In this document: positions 36,268 to 50,214 of the stretch, in pieces
Layout: each line of letters starts with the position of its first letter
Position numbering within the stretch: the stretch's first letter is position 1
Source of the DNA: Schmidtea polychroa
Lineage: Eukaryota
Direction: 5' to 3'
Length of the DNA: 64,000 bases
NCBI GenBank assembly: GCA_044892525.1
Contig: CM097886.1
Location: 68,448,001-68,512,000 of the forward strand
Notes under the pieces: model-generated
Seen by the model: only the letters and a program-made list of their open reading frames with translations
Database searches by the model: none
What the model was told of the DNA's origin: nothing
Program-made: the position numbers and the translations under genes

Positions 36268-39200
36268 TCAGCCGTCATTCAGTACAATGAGATCCTTATT
36301 GTCCTCGATTGGTCTATTTATTTTATTTATGCAGTAGGATAAATGGCGAAACCAAACTGAGAGATTTAATACTTGATTACAAGATGAAGTCGACTGAAGA
36401 CATTGTTCGTTTTCGGTGTCTGTTGTTTTATCGAGTGATTTTTTACGTTTGATGTTTAAATTACGGAATTTATAGATGGTTCCATATTCTTTGTCTATTA
36501 TGTAAAACCTTTTCACTTCGGTTTTCTTTTCATCGGGACTACTATCGACAGGAGATTCAGAAATGTTACGATCTGATTCGGGTAAATTACTATTGGATGA
36601 TGGTTTCTGTAAGCTGATGCTTACTCCTCGGAGATCTTGAACGTGACACTTTTTGTGTTTGAACTAGAATTCATCGGTTACATTATGTAATTAGAAGTAA
36701 AAAAAAGAAGAAAAAAATTTATCAATAGTTTCAAAAAATAAATATAATAAATTTTTTCCAGAAAACCAAACCGAATAGACAATTCGTTTATTTGCTGTTT
36801 ATAAACCATAAACAGCACGTAAATTTATTAAATGAAATAAAAGGATTTTTTTTATTGTAAAATAAGTCTAATTTTTGTTTTATATTTGTATTAAAATTTT
36901 TTTCGGTTCAAATAATCAATTGGACTATAGATAGAAATTAATATTATTATTAATTAATTAAAAAATTGTTTATATTATTAATCAATAGGATAATTGATTT
37001 GCAAAATTTAATTCACTTTCTCTTATGCAAATTCAGTAAACGATAGGAAATAGAAAAGAAATTAAACGATCGAAATTCTGAAATTAATGGAAAGTTGATG
37101 ACATTATTTATGTGATTTTATAATTAAATAAAGTGAGAGAATAACGCACTGTGCAAGAAAGTCAAATTAAGATGATAGATCATTTCATTGGGAAATTTGA
37201 ATAATTTGTAAATTGGATAATTATTTGGGTTAGGGTTTGATTTGATGTGAAATTTATATATAGTAAAAAAGTTGTCAATTGTGTCAGGCTTTGATGATCG
37301 ATTTATAGAGCCAGATATCAAAGATTTTCTCTATGAGATGGGCTCTATGTGTTGGACTGCATTTTTTGGACGAACAAGGGGAATTCTTTTTGGTAACCCT
37401 CTCCATATTTTTTTGTAGAGTAGATAGAAATGAGCTGTCTAACTCAGACTCAAATCCCCTATACAAATTTTAATTTTGTTTATATCGATGCTTACGTCAT
37501 AAATTTCATTTTTNNNNNNNNNNNNNNNNNNNNNNNNNNNNNNNNNNNNNNNNNNNNNNNNNNNNNNNNNNNNNNNNNNNNNNNNNNNNNNNNNNNNNNN
37601 NNNNNNNNNNNNNNNNNNNNNNNNNNNNNNNNNNNNNNNNNNNNNNNNNNNNNNNNNNNNNNNNNNNNNATTTCACCACTGATTTCTTTTCAATTCACAT
37701 AGTATTTATTAATAAGCTTAACTATGATCAGTAAATATATTGATGTTTTTTTGATATTCACAAATTTTCGGTCCTGTCGTGTTCGAGTCATTTGGATCGA
37801 AGTCATTTGAAAAATGCAGTGCCAAAAATTATTGAATATCAAAAAACATATTACTGATTCATAGTCAAGATTTCAATAAATTCGATTCTCTATTTAATGA
37901 GTCTATGGCATAATCAATGAAACATCATTGACTGTAATTTAAATAAAAAACAAAAATCGGTGTCCAGATTAGAGAAAAAATAGATTTTAAAAATTTAATA
38001 TTTTTTTAAAGCTAAAAATCTTTCCGAAATATTTTCGGTTATCTTCATTTCAACTATAGATAAAAATATATTTTATTAAACACAAATTTCTGTTTTTTAC
38101 AAATAATTATGTAAATAAGTTTTTTAATAATTTTTTTTATAGATAATTATGAAATAAGGTTTGAAAATCTGTAAAAAAATATTTATTTATAGTTGAAATT
38201 ATTTTCCTTTAAAATTTCACTTTACTTTCATTTCAAATAGATTTTTTTATATTAGAAATTTTAGCACTGCCTTTTTCAAAGTATTAATTATAGAATAATT
38301 ATTAAATAAACAGTAAAATAGACAACGCCGAAAAATTTTTTTAAATAGGGAAAACTATAGTCCATAGTCAAAATGAAGGTAAATGAAATTCTATAAGAAA
38401 AAAATACAGATTGAAATCGAAGAAAAGATAAATAATTTACCGATGTCTAATTGATGAAAAATTAAGTTCCTTAAAAGATTATGAATTAATGAAGTGTGAG
38501 CATATCAAAAACAAATTTTATTAAAAATGAATTTTGACATTAATATAAAAAAATTAAATTTCATAAAACTATTTTAAATTTTAACATCTAAGAATTTTTA
38601 TTTTAATTGGCTGATATATTAATTTTAATGATTTATAAATTTCATATTTATTGATTTTTGAATTTTAATGAATTTAAATATTTTTATACTTCAAAAATGA
38701 ATAACGAAATTGATTGCAATTCTAGTGCAAGTTTTGTTTTTCGGTACTGCAAATTATGAAAAAAATTATAACAAATATTTGCAAAATTTATAAATAAACT
38801 ATTAAACTGAAAAACAAAAGTTATTTTAATTTTGGAATTTAAAAAAATTCAGAATTGATTGGACCTTTTATTTGACAAAAATTTATAGTAACATAAATAT
38901 AAATACTTGAAATACATCAATTGTCAATGTTTATATAATCAATGAATCAAGTTCCTATATTGATTTTAAATAAACAAATTCAAATTAAAACTATAAAAAA
39001 TAACAATCCAAACATAGTCAATAATCAATTTCATCAAGATTTCTTGTTGATTTTTATTCCTTATTAGACATTTTTTATTACTTATTTTTATTATTTATTT
39101 TACAATTTTATAATATATAAACAAAAAATAATCTACAAACTGTTTTCAGTTTGGAATATCAAAATCAATTTATAGTTAATAATAATCAAGGGAAAAAAAG

Positions 39201-42200
39201 ATTTCAAAAAATTTTAACTGTTGAATCAGTAAAAATTTTTATCTTTTTCACTTTTGGTATATTTAAAATTTCATTTTCAATTTAATTTACAGATTATAGA
39301 GTATTTTTATAAATTCCCGGTTAAAATGGTAAAGGTTAAATATGTAATTAATATCATTAATATTATTTAATCAATATATAATTATATATTGATTAAATCA
39401 GCGATTCTCAACCTGTGGGGCGCGAGTATATTTAAAAACAAAATTAAAACTTTGTTGAAGGTTAAATAAAAGAAATTGTATAATTAAAAAATTAAAAAAT
39501 AATTACATATTACCAATAAATAATTTATTATATTTACTATTTAAGTTTATTAGTATGAAGCAAATACCTGTTAAATATGTTATGTTATTAATTAATGACT
39601 TCCTTGAGCCTGTTTTTCATTGCAAAGTTTTTGAAATGAAGGAGTAATACCAGATATTCTTTTTCTATATTTAACTGTGATTTGTATTTTGTTTTCAACG
39701 AAGCCACCACAGAAATCCGGTTTCGCAAAGATAAGATGTGGAAAACGGTAAAAGTATTTGAAAAGCTCTTCGTTTTAATGTCGCCAACTCGTCATCCAAA
39801 CCAGCCCAAAATTCAAAAATCAATTTCTTATTAAATTGTCTTTTGATTTCACTGTTTGTTGTAAAATCAATATAAGTTTCCTCTTCAGAAGTCGAGAGAT
39901 CATGTGGAACATTGTGATATGGGTCCCTAACCCACTCGTAACTCGCTAGAGATTTTTATTCAGCAAAAAAGTATTTTTTATAATCTTTTGCTAGCATGCT
40001 TAGATGTTTGTATGTCTTTACAAATTCATTTATATTCGGAAACATTTCCAATTGCCCACATACTGCACACACATACAATGGCAACCTCCCGAAACTCATA
40101 TGCATTCGGAATTAGCAGATGGGACAATACCCCAACCTCCCACTACTTGTGTTAGGCCTGTGTTTTAGTAGGCGTTGGTATAAAGGGTAGGAATAGACGT
40201 ATACAGGGATTGCATATTCGAAATTCGTTTTCATAAATATATTTTCGAATTTCGAAAATTTCCCAGCGAATTCCGAATTTAAAATTTATTTTTTCGTGCT
40301 ATCTCCAACTTGTAAATTGTGTTTTCGTTCTGTACATATTAATATTCTACATTCTATAAGAAGACATAAAAAAGACAATGCAAAAATACAGTTATTCTAC
40401 ATAATACAAGTAGGCATAGAGTAAACATTTCTAAATTGCAGCTAAACATTTAAACGGTTTCATTTCTTCATTTCATATCCATATGTAATAATAATAAATG
40501 TAAATTACAATATGTAATTACATTATGTAAATCACATTTATTACATTATGTAATGTAGCATAAAATTTCACACAACATTTTATATTTCGTATAACTTCGT
40601 GTTCGTGTCTTATATTTACGATTTGCAATAGTGTTGAGATTTGTTTAATCGAGTATAGTGTATATTGAAATATTTGGACTTTGTTTTCTGTACAATCATC
40701 AATATTTTTTAAATAGGTAAGTAAATAATAGCAGTTTTAATTTAATAATTAAACTATTTTTATTAGAATATCCCAAAATATCATCAAAAGAAATTTATTC
40801 GGAATACACAAAGCAATATAAAAATCAAAATTCTGTTTGGATTCATTTTTTGAGAGGATCAAAAAGAATAACTAATATGTAATGAAATAGTAAAAACTTC
40901 TTGTTCAACGGCAACACCGCAGCACACGCATTTAAGAACAATATACAATATTAATGTATTAAAACGTGATTTAGTGCAAGATAAAGTTCCAGAAAGCAGC
41001 TCATCAAAAATGATGATTACAAATTATTTAGTCAACAAAAAAGATGAACAACTTTCTGCAATTGTATCACTAATGTGTGCCTTAAAAAATATGCCATTGA
41101 AAGTTTTTTGTACGTCTATCGATTTGAGAAATTTATTTTTGATCTAGAGGCGCTCGAGATTATGTACTACCAAAATCACCTAACTCAATTCGCAAAATGG
41201 TTTTAGAATACGCACAAAAAATACGTACTAAAATGATGCAGGATTTAATTAATCTCAAAGAAGATGGAACTCGATTTTGCTTAACTATAGATGAATGGAC
41301 ATCATCAAGAAACCGATGTTATTTAAATGTAAATGTCCATGGCAAGAAACAGTTTTGGAATTTAGGTTTAGTTCGTGTTGAAGGACGTTTCCCTGCAGAG
41401 AAATGCATTACGGCCCTGAAAACCACATTGCAAGACAACAATCTAAATATCGATAAAGATATTACGTCCATAACAACTGATGAGGCAGCTGTGATGCAAA
41501 AAGTTGGGCGACATTTACGATGTAATCAGCAGTTGTGCTTTGCACATGCGATACATTTAGCTGTAGTTAATGTTTAAATAATTTTATGTTTTAATATTTT
41601 AAATAATATATTTTTAACTATTATTATATTGTTATGTAATAATTGAATTTGTGTACAATTTACATTTATGTTTATATTTCATTTTAAATATAATTTTATG
41701 TTCCATTTTTATTTTAAAAAAAGTAATATTATGCAATAAATAACAATAAATTATCTCAAATAATTTATTTTTATTATTTGTATAGACTTAAAAAATTAAT
41801 ATTTCGGAATTCGATAGAATTCCGATTTTTTTATTTTCCTCGAAATTTGCAATCCCTTTGCAATACATTACTGTGCATTTATAGTAAACAGTCGCATTTT
41901 ACCAATAAAATTAAATGTACGAATATCGGACCGTTTTCATTATGACACTATAATTTTCGATAGATAAAAAAGGGGGGTGCGAGAATATTTACGTTGGTAA
42001 ACTTGGTCGCAATAGCAGAAAGGTTGAGAAGCGGTGGATTAAATGATATTGATAATTATTATATCATCATGGCGATTTTGTAATTAGAAATGTTTTTTAA
42101 TTTTTTATTTTTACTTCGGTTTAAGCTTGACTTCTTAGTTTAAGATGTAGCACAAAGATCAATTATATAACTTGAATAAATCATAACAATTAATATTCCA

Positions 42201-45200
42201 AATAATCAAAGTTGTAATAATTGTAAGATAAGAAATAATACCGGTAGATTACAGCGCTATATTATTATGTTTGACGAGTTTGTTTTTTATTTTTTAATAC
42301 GTGATAACTTTATGAATAAACTGAATTTATTTTCGAATAAATTCTATTTTAATAATATTCATTTTAATTTTATATTTCAATTATAGATTTATATATTGAT
42401 ATTAAGAACATAAAGAACTTAATAAACTTACATCTTTTCGTTCTGAAGCTCTGTAATGAGAATTTTCAAAATAAACAAAGTACGCGTTGCTTCCTGACAT
42501 GATTAGGACAACCCAATAACGATTCCACGTGGTAAATGTGGGTTTTTTATTATTTTTAAGGCAAGTTTTTCTCGATAAAACTCCCTGAAAAATGTTTATA
42601 GGATATTATTGTAAATCCGGATGTACTTGACAAATTAATTTAACTGATTCTTGAATTTCAGAAGTCGGACTGTCGTCGTAACTGTTATCGTTACCATTCT
42701 CTGAATAAAGTGGTGGCTCGGGATAAAATGTATGAGTTTTTTTACTGTACTGAGCTGCCGTTTCGGCTGCTTGAGCAATTTTAACAAGGTTAACCATTTC
42801 AGTTTTACGGTTGCTTGAAGCTTTCGGTTTTAAATCAACAATGTCTATTAAAAAAAACAAAAAATAACTTTTTTTCGGACTTATTATTTTATATTTATTT
42901 ATTAATTAATTATTAAAAGATTACGAGATCCAACAGTAAATTCTTTAAATTTTTGTTCACCTTTTATCTGTTTTCTTTAAAAAAAGATCAAAAATGAATT
43001 CTATACAACACAAATTTTAAGGTGTCTTTATCAAGTGTTAAAAAAATTGAATGAAAATCGGATCAAAGTAATTCTGAACCGTGAACTATAAAAAATATGT
43101 GTAAAATAATCAATGAGTGTTCAATGGAATCATATTTTTATAACATTGTCTTGTTGTTATGACAGAATTTAAATAATGTACCATTACAAAATATAAATTT
43201 GGAATAAATCTGCTAAGAAAAAAATTATTTCTATAATTAAATTTCAAAAATATTATAATTTAAATTTTTCGTAAAAATCGATTTCTGTCCAGTGTAATAA
43301 ATCAATAGTTTTTTAATTATATTTTATGCAACAAATAATAAAGTATCCAAATCTACTGCAACGATTTCCTTTTNNNNNNNNNNNNNNNNNNNNNNNNNNN
43401 NNNNNNNNNNNNNNNNNNNNNNNNNNNNNNNNNNNNNNNNNNNNNNNNNNNNNNNNNNNNNNNNNNNNNNNNNNNNNNNNNNNNNNNNNNNNNNNNNNNN
43501 NNNNNNNNNNNNNGAAAATAAAAATTATCATCATCAATTACAACCTTGATATTCTGAACGTAAATTAATCATTCCAATAATAAATTACTTCAAATAAAAG
43601 TGTTTATTCATAAAATAAAATATTTCGACCTAAATTATGTCAAATTCACTTCAATACGAAATTTAATTAATTTTTTCATTCTTTTGCTTTTCTGATTGAA
43701 TATTTTCTTCTTCTCGTGGTATGATTTTTAAAATATTAAAATCCCAACAAAATTAAAATACTGTCAAAAAAATTTAACTTCCCAATATTATTACACTGTC
43801 AAAGTAGCTTACACAGTTATTTATTTGAATTATGTTTTTTATAAATTATTTTGCTATCGACAAATTATTTGAAAGTTTAAATAAATAACATTAATATATC
43901 AATTTTAATCTTTTATCTAAAAATACTAATTTCAATATTTGTCCTTTATACTTATAAATTACCCATCAATTATCCTTAATATCGTATGTAAGTAGGTCAA
44001 GGAGGCCACACATTTTTGAAGAGGAAACTTTTAAAAGTCATTGGTGAATTTTCTTATTTTATTTTTGGAAAAATACAAATAATAATCAACTTTATGTGCT
44101 TTTCATCCAAGAAAGAAATCATGAGAACATAATATTCAAAAATTCAAATTTAATCATAATGATTATCCTTGTGATTAAATTCATTTTTTATTGTTGTTCA
44201 CATTTGATCTGATTTTTGTTTCAAAATTTCATTTATTTTCCAATGTAACACACATTTCCAGTACTCCATTTTTATATAACAGTTCCGAAAGCTTGTGTTA
44301 CATAGGAGAAGAAATTCAATTATCCAGTCGTATTTATTTTCATTATTTCCAAATTTCCCTGAATTTATTGATCTTGAAAAATGAAGAAATAGAAAATATT
44401 AATAAAAGATAAATTCGCTTAATTACTATGTTATCTATAATTAAAAGCATATATAATTTTGAGAAAAATCATTAAAATTTGGTTTCGTAACTGACAGTGA
44501 AATTTGAATGATTTTTAATTGTAATCCAACAGCATATTTTGGATTAATAAGCTCAGTTTTACTCACCACAATAGATAAATGTACCTTTCATTCATTCATT
44601 TTTTTCAATTACTTTCTCACGATACTTACAGATAAATTGCATATTTATTCGTCCAGTATCATTTTAACTTAATGTTACCAAACAGAGACGCTATGAGTGT
44701 AGAAACACAATTTATCCATTTTCATCGAATTTCTAAAATTTTCAAACGTATTTTTCAGATATATTTTCTAATAAATTAAGGTTTAAAATAATATAACTTA
44801 ATCGAATCAAAATTATTTGTGCAAATAAATTTCCATCAATAACTTGCATCATAAATAATAAAAAAAATTTCAATCAGTCCAAAAGAACACTAAGAATTAA
44901 AAACTCATCTTGTTACTCTGAAGTCAAGAATTCGTTTTTTATTTTTTTTGTTATTCATAATTTTTTAAGTGGGAAAAATTTAGACATTAAAAATGAAAAG
45001 AAAAAATGAATTTTCAATTTTTATGCATTTCTATTGGCCGATTATTTTTAGATCAATAAAAGAGTTATAATGATTTGGGAAACAAAATATGATAGCAAAA
45101 TGTATAATTAACAAATTATAATAATAATAATAATTAAAAATCAATATTAATATTTATAATTAAAATGCACATTATTGATTAATTTAAGATGGAAAAAAGT

Positions 45201-48200
45201 GCAAACAATATCAAATAAAATGATTATTAAATGTAAAATTATAAAACTAACCTCCTTTAATTTTACATCTACAAATTGGAGGTGAACATAAAATTTCTTT
45301 TTGTTTCGTAGTCAATCCGGGATTACAGGTATCAGGGCGCAACAACTGTTGACCAGACACATCAGGCGGATGCACTGGCACTGAACAAGTGTCAGTTAGA
45401 GTGGCATCAAGATAACTATCATCCAATAAAGACATTGAATGCAAACCGGGGACATCTTTATCGATTGAGGCAGCATGACTCCCAGAACTAAGAGTTGCTG
45501 TTTTACTAGACACTTGTTGGTGTGACGATGACGACGAATCACGTTTAAACCTTATACTTTTACTACCAGCTCTGCGAATATTAATTATTTATAATATCAC
45601 CGGTTTGCTAATGTTACTTTTTTTTATAATTCGATTTCCTACCTCCTCCACCACATAAAAGCGATGAATGAACAGAATCATCTTCCTATAAAACAATTAC
45701 AAATTTAGATTTCAAAACGAATTAATAATGAATTTATGTAAACAACTACGGTAAAAAGAGTGATCTTACTTTAGTAAATTATAAAAACCAAACAGAGCAA
45801 TTCGATGGAATATAAAAGTTAGATGGTATGGTAAATTTAATGTGACAATTTTTTGAAATATTTAATTGTCATTTAATATAACCATAAATTAATAATCAAT
45901 ATAAATATATTGTTCAATAGTCATAAATTAATAATTAATATAAATATATTCAATAGTCATAAATTAATAATTAATATAAATTTAATATTCAATATAGTCA
46001 TAATTAAAATATCAAAAAGCACGAAATGTGATTTCTGAAGAAAAGCGAGAAATGATAATTCATTGGTATAAAACGATTAAAGAGTTTCAAAGTCTTCTGC
46101 AAACCATTCCTAGAAAATTCATTAATAACGCAATTAAAAAATTAAGTGTCTCAGAAGTAAGAATTATTAAATTGACCGAGGCGAATAAAAATTGGACTAG
46201 AAATTTGAATGAACTTAAAAATTTGACCATGGAATAAACTTGGTGTGTTATAAATATTAATTATATTTTCACTACTATCAAGATATCCGTAAGCAAATAT
46301 AATGGTGTGATATAATTATGGAATAACTTTACGGCCCAGCAAAATTATTTTCAAGGATAGTCTCTTTTTTATAGATGACGTAGAATTTTATCTTTTTATT
46401 AGGAGAGTGTAGAGGGTGCCTTTTCCCGGGTTTTTTTTTTCCCGTGAAACGGGAATTTAAAAAAAAATTTCCCGGGAATATCGGAAAACAGAAAAAAAAC
46501 CGTGAAAATTCTTTCTGGAGAAAAAGTTATAACCTTAAAATAAAAAAGGCATGTTTTTAACTAAAGTTTTAAAATAATATTCTAACCAATAAATAAATAC
46601 ATATTAATTGTATCTTTTTAAATTTATTGGTTTAAAAAATAAGTTTTTAAAAAACAAAGACAATCAAGCGAATGGTTGCTTAACGAAGTTCTTTTTTTGT
46701 ACAAAAATTTGACGACGCCGAAAATACCCTTTCACTTTCGAGTGAGCTGGGCTGTATCGTCATTAATTCATCCAATAAATCTTGCAAATTTTTTGTTATA
46801 TTTTTTGTACAACCGTATATTTGAAATTCTTGTTTTAAATTTTTTGTTCGAGTACCTGTAAATCTTTCTTCACACCTTTTAGCTTTTAATGCTGCATTTA
46901 TGGAACCATGTAGCTTTTCATTTATATCTAGAACTAAACAGTTTTGAGCTGCAGATGAATCTTCCTCGCAAAGTATATCGTCATCAACACCAGCGCATTG
47001 ATTCTCTTTTTCGAATAACCATATAAATATTTTGTTAGCACAGTGAATAATTGTAGCCATTGATGATAAAGGCAAGTCCAGTGTAAATTGTAAATCTAGT
47101 GTTTGAAGATACTTAATCAAAGTTACAAGATGTCGATTTCTCCGTTCTCTAATACGAATTATTAAACGTCCAACAACTCTTTTGAGATATTATTGTTGTT
47201 TCCACGCAAAGAGATTAACTGTTATTTAAAGTTTTAAAGAAAATTTTTTACAAATTAAAATATTGAATAATAATAAATATATAAACAATTACAATACGTA
47301 TTTGTTGCTTGTTAATTATGATTTTTTTCGAAATGATGTTAACATATAATTAGTAGAATTTATTCTAAAATAGATTTTTTAATAAAATTTGTATATACAT
47401 ATATTTATAAATATTGTATTGAGATAAAAATACTAAAATCTTATATATAGCAGTTTTATGTGTTGATAATTAAAAAAAATTATTTCTCGGGAGACACCCT
47501 CTAGGAAAGTGCAATGAATGTCATTGCTTGGTGAGTAAGTAATTAAGATAGTTTCAGCAGTATGAAATTGAATTTTTGACAGTAATGGAAAATTATTTGT
47601 TGTTGTAACGAGAACACCTCAAATTTCGAAATCCTTTTTAATGGAGGAAATTTATAGTTTGATCTATTTTGAATGAAAACTATAATGACTTGTTAAAAAT
47701 CAATTTTGACCATTGTTAAGTCGTAAAAAATGAAAAAAGAATATTATTCAAGAAAAAATGAAGTTCCAGCTAATTATTTAAGAAATTTAATTAAGTTTTT
47801 AAATGCAAATTCTAATTGTCTAGTCGACAAACCATAGTAGCGTTGATATGTATGGGAAAAATTGTTGCAATTTTCAGTAAATAAATAGTTTGACATCCAT
47901 TTTTATCATTTACTAAAAAAAATTTGAATAAAAATTTGTCGATTAAAAGGAAATAAATTGTAAACAGAAAACCGATGCAAAAATTAATAACTAAAAAATG
48001 TTTCATAAATTAAATTCGACTTATTTTTTGGAAAAAATGAAAAGAAAAAAATGAAAAATTTTCATTTGATAAATACCAGCACGCATTTCCGTGTTGAGAA
48101 ATTGGCAATTCAAAAATTTTCAAATGTAACAAACAGCTTTGATATAATGGCAAAATCGACAACCAGAAATATAATAATTTATCAAATTTGACTTCGAAAA

Positions 48201-49121
48201 TAATCTATTCAAATTTTTGATTTGATTTTAAGAATTGTGATGTTAAAATTAAATGAGAAATATATTTTAAGTAAATATTTTTCTATTTTTTTGATATTTT
48301 AAAATTTAAATGATTTTTTTCTCTCTAAGTGATTATTGATGCTTCACAAAAGTTATTTTAAAATCAAATAATTCGAATTTTTAGAATTTTCTCTAAAGTG
48401 TTCGATTTTCTAAAGTTTTTATAAGTAGAGAAATTCTAAGAATAGCAATAAAATATATATTTGAACATATTATATTGTATTGGTAATTTTGATTTATTAA
48501 GGAGGTCAGAAATGGTCAAATAACAAAAACTGAAGTGCAAATGTCATAGCGTTCTAATTAAAATGCAAAAAACTTCAATATTATCCTATTTCCGGGCTTA
48601 TCTCTAAAGTCTTCTTCATTTTGAAGCTTAATTTTTAAATATCACCTTCACTTCTTTTAAAGAATATCGATCAATATAACATTTGTGTTATCTTTTATTA
48701 ATTCTGAAATTATGCACCAGCTACCGTTATTACTCTAATTTACTATTAGATTATTATTGAGTCTTTCTAATCATTCCAGCATTTTCTAAGAAATATATTT
48801 TTGTGGGTTTCTTGGTTATATTTATGCTCAGTGGTGATATAATTGAATCAGGTGCAGATATGAAAAAATAAGATTGCAATTTCATAGGTCCGAACAATAG
48901 TTGAGAATAATTATTATTTTTATAAACAAAATGTTCTCAACGTTCAAAACTGGCTGATGTAAAATAAATAAAAATAATTAATGCTAGAAATGATTATAAT
49001 GATTAAAAATTAATAATAATAATAGTAAAAATAATAATTAAAAAAATAAATTAAATAATATTAATAATAAATAATAATAATAATTAAAAAATAAATTAAA
49101 TTATATTAATAATAAATTAAA

Positions 49122-49156
<35 letters not shown>

Positions 49157-50183
49157 AAAAAATTATTAATAATAAAGAAAAATAATATTAATAATAATTT
49201 ATTAACATTATTATAATTATTATTAATTTATTATTTATTATTAAAAATAATAATAATAATAAATAAAAATAATAATAATAATAATAATAAAAATTAATAA
49301 TTATTATCATAAAAAATAATAATAATAATTATAAACCAAATATTACCATATAAGCGTCGGAAACTGTCAAATTCTCAAACATTTGCACCTTGAGTACATT
49401 TGGATTGCAAAAACTCGTAACGGACTGTTGATTAGTACTCATGTTTAAATTATCACTTTCCTCTACATTACTAAATGAGACTGGTTCATCAACAGCTGTA
49501 TTGACTGGGTTGTCATTTTTAGCAATTGAATTTGTCGTTTGTTCTGACACTTCTTTGATTGATTCGTTCAATAAAGTAGATGACATGGGTTTCGGTGAAA
49601 TAGGTGATTGTAAATGACCGGTATCTTAAAAAGATAACACAATCAAATATTTATCCGAATCGATATTACTGGCTGAATGCTTGCAAGCATATGATGGAGG
49701 GGTTTTCTGAGGAGTAAGTGAATTGACAACGGGATAATCTGATTGCTGACGAGATGAAACAACTGATGAGTCAGCAATATTTGGTTCAAGTGACACGCTA
49801 GTTCGGTAATTATTTTCTTCGATAATTTTTTGAAGCTCTTCTATGTATCGTTGGTTATCAAAATACCGAAAAAGCGTAGAATTCTGTAAAATGTCTGTAG
49901 AAAGGAAACGAGAAATAATTTTTTTAAAAAAGCATTAAATGATTAATGAACCATATTCTGACTGCTGGAATTCTGATACTGTTCTCAGAATGTTATTTAT
50001 TTGATCTGTCTTGGTTTGTGATTCAAATTCACTCAGTTTTGAATGAGCAACATTTATATAAGTCAGATCTGTCAAGTAGAGACCTATTTTCAAAAAAAAT
50101 AGAAAAAGAATTTCTGACATTAATAATAAATTGAATAAATTAAATTGAGATATAACTTCATAGGTGACATTTTTGTCTTGATG

Positions 50184-50214
<31 letters not shown>

